From the NCBI GenBank assembly GCA_050633305.1, contig JBOEGF010000010.1, positions 224,001 to 288,000 of the forward strand: a DNA stretch of 64,000 nucleotides, read 5' to 3'. The first letter of the stretch is position 1. Every line of letters begins with the position of its first letter. Positions 10,093-17,247 of the stretch are shown here, in pieces. A program made the translations under genes and the position numbers. The notes beneath the pieces were generated by a model, which saw nothing but the letters and a program-made list of their open reading frames with translations, did not search any database and was not told the DNA's origin. This DNA is from Nannocystales bacterium (GTDB lineage: Bacteria; Myxococcota_A; Polyangia; Nannocystales; Nannocystaceae).

Positions 10093-10130
10093 GCGCATGA
10101 AGTACGCAAAGCCGAGCCCGCCGTCTACGG

Positions 10131-10157
10131 GACTGCTGACAGGAGGTGTCAGCAGTC
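10131..10157. promoter_or_regulatory. Perfect 11-bp inverted repeat, candidate transcription-factor operator upstream of the VOC gene
   Basis: GACTGCTGACA-GGAGG-TGTCAGCAGTC. Confidence 0.55.
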
Positions 10158-10323
10158 TGCGAGTCGCGAGCCGTTGGACCGTGCCCAACGTGTGATGAGC
10201 ATGAGCTCCAAAGCGGAAGGACTCCGGTTGAGTTTCTATGGCGAACCTCGATGGTGAGCACACGCAGCGCGTACGGACGGTGCAACAAAAAAAGCCATGC
10301 GGGTCGGTGTACGCTCCGTCGCG

Positions 10324-12069
10324 ATGGTGAAACGCACCGCTTCGCTCGCCGCCTTGATGCTGCTTTGTGCCTGCAACGTGAAGGCCCAGGCCTCGGGCTC
10401 TGTAGGGAGCGCTCCGCCCCCCGACGCTGCGCCTGTTGCCGACGTCGCGACCTCCTCCGAAGCGCCGTCCGAGGCCCCAGCTGAGTCGGGGATGACGATC
10501 CAGCAAAAGGTCGACCAGTTCGCCGTTGCCGAGCTGACCGCGGACCTCTCGGACCTCTCGCAGAGCGAGAAGGACGCTTTGGATCTTCTCATCGCGGCAT
10601 CGAAGCACCTCGACCCGGTCTACGACCGTCAGGCGTGGGCCGGGAACCCCGACCTCGAGCAGCAGCTCGCAGGCGCAACCGACGATGAAGGCAAGGCCCG
10701 CTACGCATACTTCCGGATCATGCGTGGGCCGTGGGACCGCCAAGCCGACCATGAGGCCTTCGCGATCAACAAGCCGCACCCCAAGGGTGCTGGCTTTTAT
10801 CCCGAGGATCTGACCGCCGAGGGATTCGAGGCGTGGCTCGAGGACCATCCCGAAGACCGGAAGGCTTTCGAAGGGCTGTTCACCGTCATCAAGCGAGAGG
10901 GCGAGACCTACAAGGCTGTGCCGTACTCGCAGGAGTACGCGAAGTGGCTCGAGCCTGCTGCCGAAGGTTTGGAGCAGGCAGCCAAGAAAACCAAGAACAA
11001 GTCACTGCGCAAGTTCCTGAAGCTGCGCGGCAAGGGCTTTCGCACCGACGACTACTACGCTTCGGACAAGGCGTGGATGGACCTCGACAGCCGGGTTGAG
11101 ATCACCGTGGGTCCGTACGAGACCTACGAAGACAAGTTGATGAACTACAAGGCGTCGTTCGAGTCGTTCGTGACCGTGAGCGACCCCAAGGCTTCGAAGG
11201 CGCTGGCCAAGTACAAGAAATACCTGCCCAAGATGGAGAAGAACCTCCCGGTCGACGATGCGGTCAAGACCAAGCGAGGTGCCCAGAGCCCCATTCGTGT
11301 TGTCGACCTTGTTTTCACCGCTGGGGATGCTCGGACGTCGGTGCAGACGATCGCGTTCAACCTTCCCAACGATGAGCGCGTGCGCAAGGAAAAGGGCGCC
11401 AAGAAGGTGCTGCTACGGAACCTGATCGAGACCAAGTTTGACAAGATCATGAAGCCGATCGGGGAGCAGGTCCTCGCACCTGCGCACCACGCGATGTTGT
11501 CGGGCGACGCGTTCTTTCACCAGGTGCTGTTCCACGAGCTGTCCCATTCGCTGGGGCCAGCGTTCACGCAGAAGGATGGCCGCAAGGTCGAGGTCCGGAT
11601 CGCGATCGGACCGGCCTACTCGGCGATCGAGGAGTGCAAGGCCGATGTCATGGGTGCGTACAACATCCTCTACATGATCGACGAGGGAGAGCTGCCCAAA
11701 GACTTCCGGGAGAAGCTGCTTGTCTCGTACTTCGGTGGACTCTTTCGCAGTGTTCGCTTCGGCGTGGCCGAGGCGCACGGGCGTGGGGCCGCGGTGCAGA
11801 TCAATCGGTTCCTCGAGGACGGCGCGGTGACGCTCGATGGGGAAGGGCGGTTCGTGATCGACTCTCCCAAGCTCGAGAAGAGCATCTCGGACCTGGTGCA
11901 TGACCTGGTGATGCTCCAGCACGAGGGGGACCGCGGCGCGGTGGAGGCGTTCTTGGACAAGTACGGCGTCGCGAGCGAAGCAATGACGACTGCGCTCGGC
12001 AAGCTTGGCGGGATTCCGGTGGATATTCGGCCGGTGTACCCGCTCGCGGGTGAGACCGGACCTCGGTAG
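10324..12069 (+). CDS. Peptidase M49 (dipeptidyl peptidase III-like) lipoprotein
   Basis: Lipobox LLCAC; GPYETYED; TIAFNLPNDERV; HELSH and EECKAD zinc motifs. Confidence 0.9.
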   Translation: MVKRTASLAALMLLCACNVKAQASGSVGSAPPPDAAPVADVATSSEAPSEAPAESGMTIQQKVDQFAVAELTADLSDLSQSEKDALDLLIAASKHLDPVYDRQAWAGNPDLEQQLAGATDDEGKARYAYFRIMRGPWDRQADHEAFAINKPHPKGAGFYPEDLTAEGFEAWLEDHPEDRKAFEGLFTVIKREGETYKAVPYSQEYAKWLEPAAEGLEQAAKKTKNKSLRKFLKLRGKGFRTDDYYASDKAWMDLDSRVEITVGPYETYEDKLMNYKASFESFVTVSDPKASKALAKYKKYLPKMEKNLPVDDAVKTKRGAQSPIRVVDLVFTAGDARTSVQTIAFNLPNDERVRKEKGAKKVLLRNLIETKFDKIMKPIGEQVLAPAHHAMLSGDAFFHQVLFHELSHSLGPAFTQKDGRKVEVRIAIGPAYSAIEECKADVMGAYNILYMIDEGELPKDFREKLLVSYFGGLFRSVRFGVAEAHGRGAAVQINRFLEDGAVTLDGEGRFVIDSPKLEKSISDLVHDLVMLQHEGDRGAVEAFLDKYGVASEAMTTALGKLGGIPVDIRPVYPLAGETGPR

Positions 12070-12171
12070 GCGGCGGCGCACCGAACAAACTCGTGGCGCC
12101 TGGCCGATGCCGCGGTCATACTCCTGCGCGGCTGCGCCGGATTGGCTGTGCGCGCCCCAAAGGAGCCTCCA

Positions 12172-12912
12172 ATGGCCAAACTGAATCAAATTCTCGCGAT
12201 CGAGAAGGGCAAGAAGACCCAGCTCCACAAGGAAATTACGGAGCTTCATCGCGCGACCCAGAAGAACCAGCTGATGACGGGTCATCACAAGACGTTCGCG
12301 CCCAAAGAAGAGGGCGGGGAGACGTTTCCCGACGACCGGCAGCATGTGCAGCACCGAGCCAGCGAGGTGATCGAGCAGGTCACCGAGCGGCTCAGCACGC
12401 TGATGGATGTCACCGCCACGAAGGACTGGGCCAACTGCACGGCTCGGGCGGACGTGGTGGTCGAGGGGGATGTGTTCCTCAGCGATGTTCCGGTCACGTA
12501 CCTGTTGTTCCTCGAGAAAGAGCTCACCGACTTGCACACGTTCGTGTCCAAAGTGGTTGAACTCGACCCCGCCGAGCAGTGGACGGCCGATCCCAACTCC
12601 GGGTTGTTTCGCAGCGATCCGGTGACGACGCACAAGACGAAGAAGGTGCAACGCGCCGTGGTCCTCTACGACGCCACCGAGCACCACCCCGCCCAGACGC
12701 AGATGATCACCGACGACGTCGTCATCGGGCACTGGACCACGGTGAAGTTCTCCGGGGCGCTGCCACGTCCGGTCAAGAAGCGCATGCTCGATCGCATCAG
12801 CACGCTGCAAGACGCCGTCAAGTTCGCCCGCGTGCAGGCCAACTCGATGGAAGCCAAGGACCAGCGTTTTGGCGCCAAGGTCCTGAAGTACGTGTTCGGC
12901 GATCCAGCCTAG
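12172..12912 (+). CDS. Uncharacterised 246-aa helical protein (DUF7873-like, from recall); putative partner of the downstream ncRNA
   Basis: SD AAGGAG before ATG 12172; GC-rich third codon positions; MAKLNQILAIEKG start; TKDWAN, YLLFLEK, TTVKFSGALP, VKFARVQAN. Confidence 0.85.
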   Translation: MAKLNQILAIEKGKKTQLHKEITELHRATQKNQLMTGHHKTFAPKEEGGETFPDDRQHVQHRASEVIEQVTERLSTLMDVTATKDWANCTARADVVVEGDVFLSDVPVTYLLFLEKELTDLHTFVSKVVELDPAEQWTADPNSGLFRSDPVTTHKTKKVQRAVVLYDATEHHPAQTQMITDDVVIGHWTTVKFSGALPRPVKKRMLDRISTLQDAVKFARVQANSMEAKDQRFGAKVLKYVFGDPA

Positions 12913-12978
12913 GGCAGCCCATAGATTTTCCTTCGGGAGACAAACTCAAACTCACGATCAAACTGAACCGGGCTTCTG

Positions 12979-13071
12979 GGAACCGTGAAGGTTCGACTCC
13001 TTCTCCTGCCATCTGCGGCGGGATGGCGAAACTGGTAGACGCTCCCGCCCATTCTGGGGCCGGGGGGTTCC
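12979..13071 (+). ncRNA. Permuted tRNA-Leu-like domain 1, opened in the variable arm
   Basis: T arm GAAGG-TTCGACT-CCTTC 12987-13003; acceptor TCCTGCC/GGCGGGA; D arm GCG-AAACTGGTAGA-CGC; closing helix GGAACC/GGTTCC. Confidence 0.8.
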
Positions 13072-13158
13072 GCAACAAGGAGGCTCAATGACGATCAAGT
13101 TTTCTCCCAAACTCAGCAACACATCGGACCTCGAAGTCTCTCTGTTCAGCGACACCTT

Positions 13159-13281
13159 CGTTCGAGATCGCGGTTAGAATCCGTGGGGCTCCACCAATGA
13201 GAGGCGGAGATTCGCTCCCCTCGAGTTCATCGCTCGAGCCTCTCCCTTCTGGAGCCCTGGTCAAACGTCAAGACGCGAGCG
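13159..13281 (+). ncRNA. Permuted tRNA-like domain 2, opened in the anticodon loop, with encoded ACCA
   Basis: T arm CGCGG-TTAGAAT-CCGTG; acceptor GGGCTCC-ACCA / GGAGCCC; D arm GTC-AAACGTCAA-GAC; anticodon-stem equivalent CGTTCG/CGAGCG. Confidence 0.8.
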
Positions 13282-13361
13282 TTTAAACTAAGCGCTGAAG
13301 CCTGCCGTCTTCGAGAAATGCCGATGCCCGATGGAGCCGAAAATGGCTCGCGGGAAAACCA

Positions 13362-13401
13362 GAATCCCCCAAGTGCGGTTACATCTTGGGGGATTCGTTT
13401 T
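13362..13401 (+). terminator. Intrinsic terminator closing the protein-RNA unit
   Basis: 12-bp perfect stem GAATCCCCCAAG/CTTGGGGGATTC followed by GTTTT. Confidence 0.75.
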
Positions 13402-13562
13402 GGTTGGCGGGCCCGGAACCCGGTGCTACGCCGGTCGTCGATGGGGACGAGCGCACTTCGGCGACGCTGAGCGACACTGGTGGGTGGTGGGGTCGCGGTT
13501 GTCGGAAGGCAGGGTCCGAGTCTCAGCTCCCGTCCAGGACCCCATGCGGAGGCGTGCAGCAG

Positions 13563-14078
13563 CTACGATGCGCGCGCGAACTGAAAAATGTGCGGAACGT
13601 AGTCCGCCTTTCCTATGGCGACGCCGTTGTGGCGCAGGATCGCGTACGCGATGTTGAGGTGAAAATAGAACTGCGGGAGTGCCCAGCTCCGGATGAATTC
13701 GTCGAGCGAAAGGTCGAAGATCGCTCCGTCTGATAGCCGGAGCTCGACCGCAGTCTCTCCGGGGATCCCTCGTGTCGCCGAGCGCAGCCGTGCAACGTTC
13801 TCCACAATCAGGGCTCGCGCGGCCTCGAGAGAGTTGACCTCTGGGGTGTCCGGTATCTCGCTTCCCGTGACTCGCGACCATGCGTCCGTGGCTTGCATGC
13901 AGGTGAATCTCAGTTGCGAGGCGAGCGGATGCATGTCGGGGGCGAGTCGCGCCTGCAGTAGGATCTCGAAGGCGAAGCCCTTCGCTTCAGCATGAGCGTC
14001 TGCTTTGTCGAGTTGTTGCAGTAGGGCCTCAAGCATCTGAGCGTAGGGGACGAATATGAGGTCGCCGGTGGGATCCAT
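13563..14078 (-). CDS. DUF1993 family protein (DinB-like)
   Basis: LLQARLAPDMHPL...WALPQFYFHLNIAYAILRHNGVAIGKADY. Confidence 0.92.
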   Translation of the reverse strand: MDPTGDLIFVPYAQMLEALLQQLDKADAHAEAKGFAFEILLQARLAPDMHPLASQLRFTCMQATDAWSRVTGSEIPDTPEVNSLEAARALIVENVARLRSATRGIPGETAVELRLSDGAIFDLSLDEFIRSWALPQFYFHLNIAYAILRHNGVAIGKADYVPHIFQFARAS

Positions 14079-14445
14079 GCGGGACCAAGTGTAACGGGGC
14101 ACTGTTCCCGAAGGTACGGTCGTCGAAGAAACGGGGGCGAGGTGTGCCGACCGCTGACGGAGGGGCAGGGGGGCTGTTGTGAGGAGTGCGCCGATCTTCG
14201 GCGGCGGGGCACCTTGCAGTTGTCGGTCGCAGGGGGGAGCAGGACGGACCCCTTTGCCCGCGATGTGCGGGCGGCGAATGCGGTCGCGGTCAGCTCGTAG
14301 GGATTCCGTCGGGCTGGGTTCGTTTGAACTGCTGAGACCCGAAGGCGATGTGCCTCCAGGTGCCGCGTCCAGGGCAGATGTCAGGATGTGTGCCTGCTCG
14401 GCGGCAGGGGGTTGCTGCCACCCGAGCGCGTCCTGAAGAGGACTG

Positions 14446-15060
14446 CTACGCCTTGGCCTTGAGTGTCTTGCAGGCTTCGATTTGAAGCTTGATTGCGGCT
14501 TCGTCGTAGCCGCCGTGGTTGCCCTGCTTGCAGACCCACTTCTCTTCCCCGAGTTCGAGGACCATCTGGAATTTGTGGGTCGGCTCCTCGCCCTCGCGCT
14601 GCATCGTGTAGTGGTAGAGGTTTTCGGTTTTCTCGATCGTCTTGTTGGTGCTGCCGTACTTGTTCTCGAGCATGCCCTTCTCTGTCTCGACGAGATCGGT
14701 GTTGTACTTGTTGCCTTTGGCGATCTGCACCCCGAACAGCTTGCCGGCATCGAACTTTTCGCCGTAGTTGACGCGGATCGTCGTGGGGTCGTCGTTGAAC
14801 GTGGTGCATCCCTTGGGCACATCGATCGTGGCGGGAATCTTGCTGTCGCCTTCATCGAGAGCGAGGGTCTCCGTTTCGGTGGGGAGCTTCGCGCCATCCG
14901 CGGGTTTCGCTGCTTCGGGCTTCGCGGCAGCCGGTTTCGCGTCGTCCTTCGCGGCGGTCGCCGCCTTCTTGTCTTCTTTCTTGTCTCCGTCGGAGGACTT
15001 CGAATCGCAACCAAACGCAGCGACGAGCACCAAGGCGAGGGGGAAGGAGCGGAGTCTCAT
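14446..15060 (-). CDS. Uncharacterised lipoprotein
   Basis: Lipobox AAFGC; Lys/Ala/Asp-rich linker; paired Cys. Confidence 0.75.
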   Translation of the reverse strand: MRLRSFPLALVLVAAFGCDSKSSDGDKKEDKKAATAAKDDAKPAAAKPEAAKPADGAKLPTETETLALDEGDSKIPATIDVPKGCTTFNDDPTTIRVNYGEKFDAGKLFGVQIAKGNKYNTDLVETEKGMLENKYGSTNKTIEKTENLYHYTMQREGEEPTHKFQMVLELGEEKWVCKQGNHGGYDEAAIKLQIEACKTLKAKA

Positions 15061-15167
15061 GCCAAACACAGACGCGCAGGAGGCCTTCGGTTGCACGCGC
15101 TCGCCAGAGTTTTCCCACGAGCCCCGATCGAGACCTCACGTCCCGTGGGTCCTGTGCGCCCCTGCCC

Positions 15168-15983
15168 TCAAAGACGAGTCAACTCGAAGAGGGGCAGCTC
15201 GGGGCGGCACATGAACCGTGCGGGGACCAAGCTCGTGCCTGTGCCGCGGCTCACGTAGAGGCGGCCCGCGGGCGTGTCGTACCATCCCGCGACAAAGCGG
15301 CCGCTCCCCGGCGGAGTCACGGGGGCGAGACCGGCGGCCGTGACCTGCCCGCCGTGGGTGTGGCCGGCGAGGGACAGGTCGAAGTCGACATCGATGGGGT
15401 GTTCGTCGACGAACGCCGGGCTGTGTGTCAGCAGAATCCGAGGTTGGTCAACAGCGGAAGACGGACGTACGGGACGGGGGGTGCCACCGGTGGAGTCATC
15501 GGTCGCGTACAGGGAGAGACCCCCGATATCGAGCCACTCGTCGACGAGGAGGGTTGTGTCGCTGCCTCGGTACAGGCGGTCGAGGTCCCTCCGTACGATG
15601 TGCCCCCAGTGCTCCCAGTTGCCGAGTGTCGCAACCACTTGTGTCCCGGTCCGAGCGACTTCTGCACAGAGTTCACTGAGGGCGCTGGCGTGGGTGAGGG
15701 AGTCGATCAGGTCGCCTGTGAGGACGACGAGCTGGGGGGAGGCTCGGTCGATCGCTTCGAGGATCTTCGTCTCGACTCTTCCAAGCACCGTGAGATGCGC
15801 GTCGGTGACCTGGGCGACCGTAAACCCCTCCAACGACTTGGGCAGGGACTCGACCGGGACCACCATTGGGTGCACGTCGAGCCACGCCGGCTCGACCCCG
15901 AGCGCATCGACCGTCGCGACGGCCCCGAGAACCCCCGCTCCGACGAGGGCACGCCGGCGTGTGATGTGCTTCCCGAAGCCCAC
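15168..15983 (-). CDS. Metallophosphoesterase (YkuE-like) with possible Tat signal
   Basis: TDAH, TGDLID, GNWE, HSP, GHTHGGQ motifs; TRRRALVG; start uncertain. Confidence 0.85.
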   Translation of the reverse strand: MGFGKHITRRRALVGAGVLGAVATVDALGVEPAWLDVHPMVVPVESLPKSLEGFTVAQVTDAHLTVLGRVETKILEAIDRASPQLVVLTGDLIDSLTHASALSELCAEVARTGTQVVATLGNWEHWGHIVRRDLDRLYRGSDTTLLVDEWLDIGGLSLYATDDSTGGTPRPVRPSSAVDQPRILLTHSPAFVDEHPIDVDFDLSLAGHTHGGQVTAAGLAPVTPPGSGRFVAGWYDTPAGRLYVSRGTGTSLVPARFMCRPELPLFELTRL

Positions 15984-16069
15984 GCCTTTAGAGTTAGCAC
16001 GGTCGAGAGCCGGCGCTGACAGTCCTCCGTTGCATGCCGGGGAGACGGTGATCTGGACCATGCATGGCC

Positions 16070-17185
16070 TCAGCCCGCGGGAATCGTCGAACAGCCGAAC
16101 TGAATGTCGATGGTCGAGTTGGAGAGTTGGTCGAACTGCTCGCAAGACAGGGGACACATCCGAATCTCAGTGGGCTGCAGGGGGTCGTCGTAGTACCACC
16201 CGTAGCCGAATTGCTTGCACGCTCCCAGGCTGTCGACGTAGCCGATGGGATTGGCTCCTTGGCCGGCGTCGTAGATGACGTTAACCCTGTCACGGTCGAA
16301 CGCGAGGCCGTCGGGGGGCGGCGGAATCTCGAACTCGCACGCCAGCGCGGTGCCCTTGATACGGTCGACCACGGCATTCTGAAACTCGAAGAAGTCGAGA
16401 TCCTCGAACTCGGTGTGCCCCTCGCTGCCGTCCGCGAGCCCAAAGTAGCCACTCGGGTCGGTCGAAAGACCGCTCTGCGCTGCGTGGGTGTGGATGAAGA
16501 CGTCGTCGTCCATTCCGAGGTCGGCGAGCCGTGCTCGCAACTGGTTCCGAAAGTCGGTGTTGGTCAGATCGGTCTCGGCCGCGGTGGTCGTGGTGATCCA
16601 GATGTGCTTCCAGGAGTTGGGGCGGAGACTCTCGCTCCACTGAGCGTGGGTCGTCAGGACCGCCGACAAGATGCCGCCGGGGGGGATGGATGTTTCGTAT
16701 TCCTCGTAGACGGAGCTGTACTGGGATGCGCCGCGACATGCCCACTCCCCGCAGCCCTCCTTGCCCGAGGGTGGGGGAGGATCGCCGTCGAAGAGGAGGA
16801 CGACGTTGGCGTCAAACACATCGACACTCTCCATTCCGGGTAGGAGGTTGGTCACCTGATCCTGGACAAGTTCTCGACTCACGGAGTTGTCGGCGATCAA
16901 GATGATGTCGGCCGGCCGTTCCTCGATGTCGGTGCTCTGTACGATCGACACGCAGTCGCCGAACGGCGCGCCCGTGCTGCTGTCGTCCCCCGAACTCTCC
17001 ACGCTCGAGGTGGAGGCGTCCCCAGTCGACCCCACGACGCCTGAGCTTGACGTCGATGCGTCGCTCGACGCGGACGGAGCATCGGTGTCGCTTCCGACTC
17101 CGTCGAACCCGTCGGGGCGAACCTGTGTGCAGGCTGAGAGGAGCACGAGCACAGTGAACAGGGCGGCGGACTTTGTGAGGGGCAT
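16070..17185 (-). CDS. Myxobacterial vWA-like lipoprotein
   Basis: Lipobox LLSAC; Ser/Thr linker; DIILIADNS; C-terminal CEFEIP...GWYYDD...CPLSC...FGC module. Confidence 0.7.
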   Translation of the reverse strand: MPLTKSAALFTVLVLLSACTQVRPDGFDGVGSDTDAPSASSDASTSSSGVVGSTGDASTSSVESSGDDSSTGAPFGDCVSIVQSTDIEERPADIILIADNSVSRELVQDQVTNLLPGMESVDVFDANVVLLFDGDPPPPSGKEGCGEWACRGASQYSSVYEEYETSIPPGGILSAVLTTHAQWSESLRPNSWKHIWITTTTAAETDLTNTDFRNQLRARLADLGMDDDVFIHTHAAQSGLSTDPSGYFGLADGSEGHTEFEDLDFFEFQNAVVDRIKGTALACEFEIPPPPDGLAFDRDRVNVIYDAGQGANPIGYVDSLGACKQFGYGWYYDDPLQPTEIRMCPLSCEQFDQLSNSTIDIQFGCSTIPAG

Positions 17186-17247
17186 CGTGGCGGTTCCTTG
17201 GGTGATAAGCGTGGAGCGGAATGGCGGCATGGCGCGCAGTTGTGGAC

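Larger units (their letters stand above)
12927..13354 (+). ncRNA. Large structured RNA with two circularly permuted tRNA-like domains (or a structured 3' UTR of the upstream gene)
   Basis: cUUCGg hairpin 12927-12940; two T-arm/acceptor/D-arm modules with the 3' half first; four nested long-range helices; A-rich linkers; ends at a terminator. Confidence 0.8.

Noticed and set aside
12094..12110. Sigma54 promoter for the 12172 gene
   Set aside because: GG to GC spacing does not fit GG-N10-GC
12979..13071. Prophage or island att site (duplicated tRNA 3' end)
   Set aside because: No integrase nearby; each 3' half has its own complementary 5' half downstream, and the two modules differ in sequence
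12942..13115. CRISPR array
   Set aside because: Repeats are only 6-8 nt, with no regular spacers and no cas genes
12987..13196. Canonical tRNA gene(s)
   Set aside because: In both modules the T arm and 3' acceptor strand precede the 5' strand and D arm, and there is no canonical 7-nt anticodon loop
13017..13196. One-piece tmRNA (5' end of domain 1 paired with the ACCA end of domain 2)
   Set aside because: GGCGGGA does not pair with GGGCTCC, there is no G3-U70, the span is only 180 nt, and no tag ending in Ala-Ala is visible
14080..14445. 6S RNA or cobalamin riboswitch
   Set aside because: No end-to-end rod with a central bubble, no B12 box and no typical gene context
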